The notes beneath the pieces were generated by a model that saw only the letters and a list, made by a program, of their open reading frames with translations, did not search any database and was not told where the DNA came from. Positions 1 through 6,136 of a stretch of DNA of 20,000 nucleotides are shown piece after piece. A program made the position numbers and the translations under genes. The stretch is taken from the IMG/VR virus record IMGVR_UViG_3300020137_000030; one strand, 5' to 3'. Every line of letters starts with the position of its first letter. Position 1 is the stretch's first letter. The stretch comes from an uncultured virus (IMG/VR IMGVR_UViG_3300020137_000030). Lineage: Duplodnaviria > Heunggongvirae > Uroviricota > Caudoviricetes.

Positions 1-45
1 CCTGCCGAGCCGACGCACGACTGTCACCTCTGGTGGCAGTCCCGC

Positions 46-117
46 GCACGTCTAGCTCAGCGGCAGAGCAGTCGGTCCACACCCGACCACGCGGGGGTTC
101 GAGTCCCTCGACGTGCA
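46..117 (+). tRNA. tRNA-Val(CAC)
   Basis: Cloverleaf GCACGTC/GACGTGC, anticodon arm GTCGG-TCCACAC-CCGAC, T-loop TTCGAGT; C at position 33. Confidence 0.88.
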
Positions 118-184
118 CGACCAGCCCTGGTCGCCCAGGTTGCGCTTCCGTGGGCACAACCTGTTCTGGCCGGGGCTGGCACAC

Positions 185-255
185 GCCCCACTGGTGTAGT
201 GGCAGCACGCCTGGTTCTCAGCCAGGCAGCGGGAGTTCGATCCTCCCGTGGGGTG
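185..255 (+). tRNA. tRNA-Glu(CTC)
   Basis: GCCCCAC/GTGGGGT acceptor, CCTGG-TTCTCAG-CCAGG, TTCGATC. Confidence 0.92.
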
Positions 256-542
256 CTCGGAGCGGGCGACGGCTCCAACCGAACGGCTCAGCCGGGACGG
301 CAGACGGTCGTACGGGACGAGGCCGCCAGCCTCGCTCTATGGGACCGGTACAGCCCGTGCATCCCGGTCACCAGCAGCAGCCCGGCCACTGGCGGTGGCC
401 GCTGAGGTACGCCCGGGCATGCGCCCCGAAGGACGGCTCGGCCGGGTCTGACCCGGCGGGTCGGCCGACCGCACTGGGACAGGCGGGAACCCGCCCGTGC
501 GGGACCGGCAGGCAGGGCTCGCCACCGGTCGACACGGGACGA

Positions 543-619
543 TGCGGAGTGGGGGAGAGGCGTCCCCGCCGGGCTCATAACCCGTGAGATCGCCAGTTCG
601 AGTCTGGCCTCCGCAACCA
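543..619 (+). tRNA. tRNA-Met(CAT), initiator-like
   Basis: TGCGGAG/CTCCGCA, GGG-CTCATAA-CCC (three G-C pairs typical of initiators), encoded CCA. Confidence 0.88.
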
Positions 620-620
620 C

Positions 621-717
621 GCCCTCGTAGCGCAGCCGTAGGACAGGAAGCCTCTTCCCCGCGCGAGCGGGGGTCGTTCTCGGGAGGTTGCAGGTTCGAG
701 TCCTGCCGGGGGCACCA
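621..717 (+). ncRNA. tRNA(Arg)-like scaffold whose D-stem 3' side and anticodon arm are replaced by a CRISPR-repeat-like sequence
   Basis: Intact acceptor GCCCTCG/CGGGGGC-A-CCA and T-arm GCAGG-TTCGAGT-CCTGC; no 7-nt anticodon loop; 97 nt long. Confidence 0.7.
652..680 (+). CRISPR. Solitary type I-E-like CRISPR repeat unit
   Basis: CTCTTCCCCGCGCGAGCGGGGGTCGTTCT (29 nt); core TTCCCCGCGC-AGCGGGG matches the E. coli I-E repeat GTGTTCCCCGCGCCAGCGGGGATAAACCG at 17/18 core positions. Confidence 0.6.
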
Positions 718-742
718 GCACCACCGAGGAAGGAGGGTCGCC

Positions 743-1069
743 ATGTCGGCCACAACATCGGCAGCGGTCCTGCTGCCGTCCCAGCTCGAGACCCGCGGCA
801 CCGCCGCCGTGCTCGTGCGCCACGCAGTACCCGCAGGCACCACCGACGTCGCGATCGGCGCCGTCGAGGCCGCATCAGTGTCCGCCGGGGCCGCCGACGA
901 GATCGTCAAGCGGCTCCTGGACGCCTCCGTGCAGCGGGTCGTCCTGGTCAACCCGCAGGCCGGGGTCGAACGGTCGCTGCGTCTGGCTCTGGCCCGTCGC
1001 AGCACCCGCGACCGCACGTTCCTGCTGTCGGTCCAGCACCGCAGCGACGACGTCCTGTACCCGGCCTGA
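743..1069 (+). CDS. Small protein (108 aa), possible STAS-like/DUF4325-type domain
   Basis: Strong SD AGGAGG before the ATG; LETRGTAAVL...SVSAGAADEIVKRL...VVLVNP pattern resembles STAS-like DUF4325. Confidence 0.6.
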   Translation: MSATTSAAVLLPSQLETRGTAAVLVRHAVPAGTTDVAIGAVEAASVSAGAADEIVKRLLDASVQRVVLVNPQAGVERSLRLALARRSTRDRTFLLSVQHRSDDVLYPA

Positions 1070-1102
1070 CCGGGTTCGCACGCCGCTTCCGGGCGGCACC
1101 AC

Positions 1103-1189
1103 GCCCCTGTGGTGGAAGTAGGTAGACACGCCGGTCTCAGGAACCGGTGCCCGGCGACGGGCGTGCGGGTTCGACTCCCGCTCGGGGCA
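1103..1189 (+). tRNA. tRNA-Leu(CAG)
   Basis: CCGGT-CTCAGGA-ACCGG, long variable arm, TTCGACT; one acceptor mismatch. Confidence 0.88.
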
Positions 1190-1343
1190 CGGGTCCACCG
1201 TGGTGGACGACGATCTTGGAAGCCGACGCGACCTCACCGTCGCCGACAGCGCCCTCCCGGGCGGGTCAGGACCCGGGGACCGAGCCGGACGGCGAGCACC
1301 GGTAACCCGCGGCGTGCCCGGTGAGGGGTGCGGGCGCGGGCCT

Positions 1344-1420
1344 GCCCGCCTAGCTCATCTTGGTAGAGCGGCGACCTCGTAAGTCGCAGGTGCCCGGTTC
1401 GAGACCGAGGGTGGGCTCCA
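1344..1420 (+). tRNA. tRNA-Thr(CGT)
   Basis: GCGAC-CTCGTAA-GTCGC, encoded CCA. Confidence 0.92.
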
Positions 1421-1464
1421 CGGGGTGGCCGTCGGACCGCCCCCGACCGGTTGCGGCCGGTCAT

Positions 1465-1539
1465 GCCCGGCTGGCTCAGTGGCAGAGCGCACCCTTGGTA
1501 AGGGTGAGGTCGCGGGTTCGATCCCCGCGCTGGGCTCCA
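1465..1539 (+). tRNA. tRNA-Thr(GGT)
   Basis: CACCC-TTGGTAA-GGGTG, encoded CCA. Confidence 0.95.
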
Positions 1540-1567
1540 CGCGTGTCGCCGGCGTCACGGGCGACGA

Positions 1568-1640
1568 GGGGCTGTAGCTCAGTCGGGAGAGCGCCGATCT
1601 GAAGAGTCGGATGTCGCTGGTTCGATCCCAGCCGGTCCCA
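1568..1640 (+). tRNA. tRNA-Phe(GAA)
   Basis: CCGAT-CTGAAGA-GTCGG, canonical D and T arms. Confidence 0.93.
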
Positions 1641-1644
1641 CCTT

Positions 1645-1731
1645 GCCCTCGTGGCGGAAGCAGGTAGACGCGCTGCCTTGAGGAGGCAGTGCTCCGCGAG
1701 GAGCGTCCCGGTTCGATCCCGGGCGAGGGCA
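1645..1731 (+). tRNA. tRNA-Leu(GAG)
   Basis: CTGCC-TTGAGGA-GGCAG, long variable arm. Confidence 0.93.
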
Positions 1732-1734
1732 CGA

Positions 1735-1851
1735 GGCACGGTCAACGTCACCGCCGACGGTTCCCTGTTCGCCGTCGTCGGAGCGAAGGTGAGACAGCCC
1801 TGCGTGGCACCGCTGCCCGACTCCGGGGCGGTGGGTCTGGCCTGCCGTGCC
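1735..1851 (+). ncRNA. Putative structured RNA motif, copy 1 (three-way junction, TCAACGTCA/AGCGA core)
   Basis: GGCACGG/CCGTGCC closing stem; junction sequence shared with 1931-2022. Confidence 0.55.
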
Positions 1852-1854
1852 CTT

Positions 1855-1927
1855 GCCCCTCTGGCCCAACAGGTAGAGGCGTCCGGCTCAAATCCGGAAT
1901 CTCCCGGTTCGACTCCGGGGAGGGGTA
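1855..1927 (+). tRNA. tRNA-Leu(CAA), short variable arm
   Basis: TCCGG-CTCAAAT-CCGGA, 4-nt variable loop as in actinobacterial Leu(CAA). Confidence 0.88.
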
Positions 1928-1930
1928 CGA

Positions 1931-2022
1931 CGCGGTCAACGTCACCGACCGGGCACGATGCCCGCGCCGGAGCGAAGGGCGGCCAGACGGACCCTCCCAT
2001 GGTCCGTGCCGTACCTGCCGCG
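1931..2022 (+). ncRNA. Putative structured RNA motif, copy 2
   Basis: CGCGG/CCGCG closing stem; same junction core as 1735-1851 with different helices. Confidence 0.55.
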
Positions 2023-2026
2023 CCAT

Positions 2027-2116
2027 GGAGGGCCCAGCCGACTGGCGGCGGCACCTGCCTCGAATGCAGACTGCGGGCTTCGCGTCCGCGTGCGGGTTCG
2101 ACTCCCGCGCCCTCCG
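2027..2116 (+). tRNA. tRNA-Ser(CGA)
   Basis: GGAGGGC/GCCCTCC-G, CTGC-CTCGAAT-GCAG, long variable arm. Confidence 0.85.
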
Positions 2117-2121
2117 CACAT
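2114..2121 (+). promoter_or_regulatory. CCGCACAT motif overlapping the tRNA-Ser 3' end
   Basis: Exact motif; may be a tandem promoter or a coincidence. Confidence 0.35.
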
Positions 2122-2134
2122 CTGCGGCCACGTG

Positions 2135-2142
2135 CCGCACAT
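2135..2142 (+). promoter_or_regulatory. CCGCACAT putative -10-like element
   Basis: Exact motif; 9-nt spacing predicts a start at G2152, the first base of a closed RNA structure. Confidence 0.7.
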
Positions 2143-2151
2143 AGGTACTTC

Positions 2152-2229
2152 GAGCGAGAGACCCCGCCACAGTGGTAGCGGGGCGAGCCGGGCACATGAA
2201 CCCGGCCACGACGCGGACCCGTGTCGCTC
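2152..2229 (+). ncRNA. Putative four-way-junction small RNA
   Basis: GAGCGA/TCGCTC closing stem enclosing hairpins CCCCGC/GCGGGG, GCCGGG/CCCGGC and CACG/CGTG. Confidence 0.45.
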
Positions 2230-2271
2230 GAGTCGGTCCGAAGTCGGTGGGACTGCAGCCCGCCGGCACAT

Positions 2272-2343
2272 GGGGAGGCAGCACGATGGTGGTGCAGCTG
2301 CTTTGCAAGCAGTCGGTTGCGGGTTCGAGTCCCGTCCTCTCCA
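2272..2343 (+). tRNA. tRNA-Ala(TGC)
   Basis: GCTGC-TTTGCAA-GCAGT, G3:U70 pair. Confidence 0.92.
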
Positions 2344-2375
2344 CGAGGCACCTCGGTGCCTGAGCAGTACCCAAC

Positions 2376-2728
<353 letters not shown>

Positions 2729-2875
2729 GTGAACCTCGAGCACGACACGCCGACCGCCCTTGCCGAGCGCGGTCAACCAGGCGGCTCGACAGACCCAAGG
2801 GCGCCCGCGGGTCTGGCATCTGGCCCGGATGCGGTCGAGGGGACCCCGATACCAGGCGATCGGGAGGGCACACCA

Positions 2876-2949
2876 CTGGACGTAGCGCAGATGGCTAGCG
2901 CGTCCGCTTTGGGAGCGGAAGGTCGCGGGTTCGAGTCCCGCCGTCCGGA
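2876..2949 (+). tRNA. tRNA-Pro(TGG)
   Basis: TCCGC-TTTGGGA-GCGGA. Confidence 0.94.
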
Positions 2950-3138
2950 CGTAGCCGCCGTGTGCGGCACCTGCCCGCGGACCACCCTGCCGGTCCGGCC
3001 GCGGGCCGAGTGGACCGGCGATGGGTGCTCACGCGAGTCGACCCGAACTCGACCCAGGAGCGGACGCGAAGCGCCTGCGAATGGGTGGAGGTACAACTCG
3101 ACTCGCCCCGCCGCTGCACGAGCGATCGTGCAGCGTGC

Positions 3139-3211
3139 GCCTCCTTAGCTCATCAGGTAGAGCGGCTCCCTTGTAAGGGGCAGGCGGCCGGTTCGACCCC
3201 GGCAGGAGGCT
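3139..3211 (+). tRNA. tRNA-Thr(TGT)
   Basis: GCTCC-CTTGTAA-GGGGC. Confidence 0.92.
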
Positions 3212-3257
3212 CGCAGCCGCACGACGCGGCGTCGCAGCGCGAACCCTTGCGGCACAC

Positions 3258-3328
3258 GCCCCCGTCGGCCATGGGTAGGCCCGGAGCCTTTCAAGCTCCT
3301 GAACAGGGTTCGAGTCCTTGCGGGGGAA
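3258..3328 (+). tRNA. tRNA-Glu(TTC)
   Basis: GGAGC-CTTTCAA-GCTCC; G1:A72 mismatch. Confidence 0.85.
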
Positions 3329-3360
3329 CCTGCAGCCCGCGCGAGCTGCGATCGCGCCAT

Positions 3361-3432
3361 TCCCTGGTAGCTCAATGGCAGAGCGCCCGCCTGTTAAGCG
3401 GACGGTTCCTGGTTCGAGTCCAGGTCGGGGAG
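3361..3432 (+). tRNA. tRNA-Asn(GTT)
   Basis: CCGC-CTGTTAA-GCGG, TCCCTGG/TCGGGGA-G. Confidence 0.92.
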
Positions 3433-3436
3433 CCCA

Positions 3437-3522
3437 GGTGGGTTGGCAGAGTGGCGAATGCAGCCGTCTTGAACACGGTAGGCCGGGCGACCGGTCCGGG
3501 GGTTCGAGTCCCTCACCCACCG
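3437..3522 (+). tRNA. tRNA-Ser(TGA)
   Basis: GCCGT-CTTGAAC-ACGGT, long variable arm. Confidence 0.92.
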
Positions 3523-3526
3523 CCGA

Positions 3527-3611
3527 GGAGGATGAACCGGGCGAGGCCCGGCGCCGGTTGCTAGCCGGTCGGGCGGCGCGAGCCGCTGGGTGGCGGGAAC
3601 TCCGTCCTCCG
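3527..3611 (+). tRNA. tRNA-Ser(GCT), non-canonical T-loop
   Basis: GGAGGAT/GTCCTCC-G, GCCGG-TTGCTAG-CCGGT; T-loop GGCGGGA. Confidence 0.7.
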
Positions 3612-3615
3612 CCGA

Positions 3616-3700
3616 GGAAGAAGAACCGCCTGGGAGGCGGCGCCGGTTGGAAGCCGGTCGGGCGGCGCGAGCCGCTGGGGATCGTGCCCTCCTTCTTCCG
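3616..3700 (+). tRNA. tRNA-Ser(GGA), non-canonical T-loop
   Basis: GGAAGAA/TTCTTCC-G, GCCGG-TTGGAAG-CCGGT; T-loop ATCGTGC. Confidence 0.75.
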
Positions 3701-3805
3701 CGGGGCCGCCGACGCCCGGTCCGTCCATCGCCTTCGCACAGCGGTGTCCGGCCGAACAAGGCAGAGCCACCGTCACGTGCCGAGGCGTCGTGTCGGTGGT
3801 CTCTT

Positions 3806-3878
3806 GCGGACGTAGCGCAGCTGGCAGCGCGCCACCTTGCCAAGGTGGAGGTCGCGGGTTCGATCCCCGTCGTCCGCT
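3806..3878 (+). tRNA. tRNA-Gly(GCC)
   Basis: CCACC-TTGCCAA-GGTGG. Confidence 0.95.
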
Positions 3879-3883
3879 CTCGG

Positions 3884-3955
3884 TCCCCGCTGGTGCAACG
3901 GCAGCACGCAGGCCTTTGGAGCCTCGAGGTCCGGGTTCGAGCCCTGGGCGGGGAG
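3884..3955 (+). tRNA. tRNA-Gln(TTG)
   Basis: AGGC-CTTTGGA-GCCT, TCCCCGC/GCGGGGA-G. Confidence 0.92.
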
Positions 3956-3972
3956 CACGCTACGGTCGCACC

Positions 3973-4144
3973 GTGCCCGTGACCGTGACCGCCCGACGAC
4001 CACGGTCCAGCACCGGACCGTCAGGTGCGCACGGAGGCGGCCAGCGGTGACACCTACGAGCAGGCACGCGACGACCTGTTCGCCAAGATCCCCGACGGCT
4101 GGCGTGTCATGCACCTGAACGTCAGCCGGGACACGCCCCTGTAG
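3973..4144 (+). pseudogene. Possible small or frameshifted hypothetical gene (...GDTYEQARDDLFAKIPDGWRVMHLNVSRD)
   Basis: Frame 4025-4144 has coding-like GC3 codons and a protein-like sequence; the upstream part appears to be in other frames. Confidence 0.35.
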
Positions 4145-4207
4145 CTCAGCGGAAAGAGCGCCCGCCTACGGAGCGGGAGGCCGCTGGTTCGATCCCAGTC
4201 GGGGGCA
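4135..4207 (+). tRNA. tRNA-Arg(ACG)
   Basis: CCCGC-CTACGGA-GCGGG. Confidence 0.94.
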
Positions 4208-4230
4208 CCCCTCGCGGCTGTCGGCCGCAC

Positions 4231-4302
4231 GCACGGCTAGCTCAGCGGTAGAGCGCCTCGCCGACGCCGAGGTGGTCCGAGGTTCGAGTCCTCGGCCGTG
4301 CA
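4231..4302 (+). tRNA. tRNA-Val(GAC)
   Basis: CCTCG-CCGACGC-CGAGG; C33 and G37. Confidence 0.87.
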
Positions 4303-4304
4303 CT

Positions 4305-4380
4305 GTGCCTGTAGCGCAACTGGCAGCGCGCCTGGATGTGGCCCAGGAGGTTGCGGGTTCAAGTCCCGTCAGGCACCCCA
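4305..4380 (+). tRNA. tRNA-His(GTG)
   Basis: CCTGG-ATGTGGC-CCAGG, C73, CCA; the -1 base is T. Confidence 0.92.
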
Positions 4381-4406
4381 CGTCCGGGCGGTGACGCTCG
4401 GCACCT

Positions 4407-4480
4407 CGTGCTGTGGCCGAGAGGCGAGGCGGCCGCCTGCAAAGCGGTGCACGCGGGTTCGATCCCCGCCAGCACGTCCA
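4407..4480 (+). tRNA. tRNA-Cys(GCA)
   Basis: GCCGC-CTGCAAA-GCGGT, U73, CCA. Confidence 0.93.
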
Positions 4481-4482
4481 TG

Positions 4483-4490
4483 CCGCACAT
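4483..4490 (+). promoter_or_regulatory. CCGCACAT putative -10-like element (internal tRNA-array promoter)
   Basis: Exact motif; predicted start near 4500, 6 nt before tRNA-Arg(CCT). Confidence 0.7.
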
Positions 4491-4505
4491 AGGCGAGGTG
4501 CGCAC

Positions 4506-4581
4506 GCCCCCGTAGCTCAGAGGACAGAGCGGCCGGTTCCTAGCCGGCGGGTCGCCGGTTCGACTCCGGCCGGGGGCGCCA
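4506..4581 (+). tRNA. tRNA-Arg(CCT)
   Basis: GCCGG-TTCCTAG-CCGGC, CCA. Confidence 0.94.
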
Positions 4582-4582
4582 C

Positions 4583-4658
4583 GCCCGTATAGCTCAGAGG
4601 ACAGAGCGCCCGGCTTCTACCCGGGGCGGCCCGGGTTCGAGTCCTGGTGCGGGCACCA
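4583..4658 (+). tRNA. tRNA-Arg(TCT)
   Basis: CCCGG-CTTCTAC-CCGGG, CCA. Confidence 0.93.
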
Positions 4659-4659
4659 T

Positions 4660-4735
4660 GCGGACGAGGCGCCACTGGCGGCGCACCAGGCTTCCAACCT
4701 GGCCGTAGCGAGTTCGAGTCTCGTCGTCCGCTCCA
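4660..4735 (+). tRNA. tRNA-Gly(TCC)
   Basis: CCAGG-CTTCCAA-CCTGG, U73, CCA. Confidence 0.92.
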
Positions 4736-4817
4736 CAGGGTTTCGCGGGGCCTGCAAGGGCCGACCCTCCGGTCGCTGGGCCGGTGACGGCGTGGCCGTC
4801 GATCAAACCGCGAGCGA

Positions 4818-4890
4818 TCGGGATCGGTGTGCTGGCCCGCCAACGAAGCTCTGACCTTCGCCTACCCAGGTTCGATTCCTGGATCCCGAG
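4818..4890 (+). tRNA. tRNA-Gln(CTG)
   Basis: CGAAG-CTCTGAC-CTTCG, TCGGGAT/ATCCCGA-G; weak D arm. Confidence 0.85.
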
Positions 4891-4934
4891 CCCGACGGCC
4901 CCTGGCCGACCAGACCGGCGCCGTCGCACGCCCA

Positions 4935-5008
4935 CGGGCTGTGGCGAAGCTTGGTATCGCGCCCCGTTCGGGACGGGGAGGACGCCGGTTCGAGTCCGGC
5001 CAGCCCGA
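4935..5008 (+). tRNA. tRNA-Pro(CGG)
   Basis: CCCCG-TTCGGGA-CGGGG. Confidence 0.95.
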
Positions 5009-5039
5009 CCGCCACCCCGCTTCTCGTCTCTGTGCTGTT

Positions 5040-5047
5040 CCGCACAT
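5040..5047 (+). promoter_or_regulatory. CCGCACAT putative -10-like element (HNH-deaminase unit)
   Basis: Exact motif, 9 nt before an ATG at 5057; the HNH GTG start with SD lies at 5097. Confidence 0.7.
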
Positions 5048-5096
5048 TGCAGCGTCATGCCCGGCAACCAGCCGGACCGAGCGAAGGAGACGGCAG

Positions 5097-5543
5097 GTGC
5101 CCCAGCCAGGAGTCCTCGTCCTCAACGCGGGCATGGAACCGCTGCACCGCGTATCGCTGCGGCACGCGGTCGGGATGCTGCTGCGCGAGGTCGCCGTCGT
5201 GCACGAGCGGGTCGAGGGGCAGACCTTCGGACCGTTCCCCCGCCCCCTCGTCGTGCGGCTCGTCCGCTACGTGAAGATGGGGTGGGCGTACGCCCGCGGG
5301 GGCCTGGGCCCGGTCGTCTCGAAGTCCGGCGTCAAGCGCCGCGACGGTGTCTGCGCGTACTGCGGCGGCGCACCCGAGACCGTCGACCACGTCCAGCCCC
5401 GCTCCCGCGGCGGTGCGTCGACGTGGCAGAACCTCGTCGCCGCGTGCATCCCGTGCAACCACCGCAAGGCTGACCGAACCCCGACGGAGGCTGACATGCC
5501 GCTGCTGTACGCGACCCCGTTCGTCCCGCAGGGTGCCTGGTGA
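5097..5543 (+). CDS. HNH endonuclease family protein
   Basis: VLVLNAxxEPL N-terminus; CAYCG..TVDHVQPRSRGG..WQNLVAACIPCNHRK; SD AAGGAG before the GTG. Confidence 0.92.
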   Translation: MPQPGVLVLNAGMEPLHRVSLRHAVGMLLREVAVVHERVEGQTFGPFPRPLVVRLVRYVKMGWAYARGGLGPVVSKSGVKRRDGVCAYCGGAPETVDHVQPRSRGGASTWQNLVAACIPCNHRKADRTPTEADMPLLYATPFVPQGAW

Positions 5544-5983
5544 GCCCCGTCGTCGACGGCCCGCCGAAGCCGCGTCCCGGCTGGGACGAGTGGGCCCTGG
5601 GCCTGGCGTCCGCCGTCGCGACCCGCGCCGACTGCACCCGCCGCCAGGTCGGGGCCGTGTGCGTCGGGCCGGACCACCGCGTGCACGGCACCGGTTACAA
5701 CGGCGCCCCGCCCGGTGCGCCCGGTTGCGCGTCCGCCGGTGCGTGCCCGCGCGGGCAGCTCACCTACGGTCAGGTGCCCGCGTCGGCGGACTACACCAGC
5801 GGGCCCGGGGCCTGCATCGCCCGGCACGCCGAGGTGAACGCGGTGGAGTTCCTGCCGGTCGAGTTCCGCGCCGGGGTCACCGTGTACGTGACCGACGAGC
5901 CGTGCCCGGACTGCCGGGCGTTCCTGACCCGGTCCGGGGTGGCGCGCGTCGTGTGGCCGGACGGCGAGCTCACCTTCGACTGA
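5540..5983 (+). CDS. dCMP deaminase (cytidine/deoxycytidylate deaminase family)
   Basis: RPGWDEW, CTRRQVGAV, TGYNG, HAE and PCPDC zinc motifs; GTGA overlap with the HNH gene. Confidence 0.92.
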   Translation: MSPVVDGPPKPRPGWDEWALGLASAVATRADCTRRQVGAVCVGPDHRVHGTGYNGAPPGAPGCASAGACPRGQLTYGQVPASADYTSGPGACIARHAEVNAVEFLPVEFRAGVTVYVTDEPCPDCRAFLTRSGVARVVWPDGELTFD

Positions 5984-5993
5984 TCGCCGGGTG

Positions 5994-6001
5994 CCGCACA
6001 T
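5994..6001 (+). promoter_or_regulatory. CCGCACAT putative -10-like element (no ORF downstream)
   Basis: Exact motif; predicted start A6011 just before a hairpin RNA. Confidence 0.65.
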
Positions 6002-6010
6002 CTACACATC

Positions 6011-6108
6011 AACGCGGTAGCGCGCGGAGCCGGACGCACGAGCCCTCCAGCGGTACCGCACCACGTGGCGGACGCCCACCAGCGGCCTACGGGCAGGCGG
6101 TGGGCGTC
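6011..6108 (+). ncRNA. Putative small RNA: hairpin ending in ACCA (6014-6063) plus a second 10-bp-stem hairpin (6071-6108)
   Basis: GCGGTA/TACCGC-A-CCA; GACGCCCACC/GGTGGGCGTC. Confidence 0.4.
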
Positions 6109-6119
6109 TTGCTGTCCTG

Positions 6120-6127
6120 CCGCACAT
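6120..6127 (+). promoter_or_regulatory. CCGCACAT putative -10-like element
   Basis: 9 nt before ATG 6137; no SD. Confidence 0.8.
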
Positions 6128-6136
6128 AGTTCAGGC

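Noticed and set aside
621..717. Selenocysteine or intron-containing tRNA interpretation
   Set aside because: There is no UCA anticodon or extended acceptor stem, and the insert is too short for a self-splicing intron.
1735..2022. Canonical hammerhead or HDV/theta ribozyme call
   Set aside because: There is no CUGANGA/GAAA core and I could not build a nested double pseudoknot, so it is kept as an unknown motif.
5079..5087. GAGCGAAGG resembling the three-way-junction core
   Set aside because: It lacks the TCAACGTCA strand and helices and overlaps the HNH Shine-Dalgarno site.
5057..5473. Leaderless ATG ORF (MPGNQPDR...) 9 nt after the motif
   Set aside because: It is out of frame with and overlaps the clear HNH gene and is low-complexity. 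The ATG probably marks the TSS, though a regulatory uORF is not excluded.
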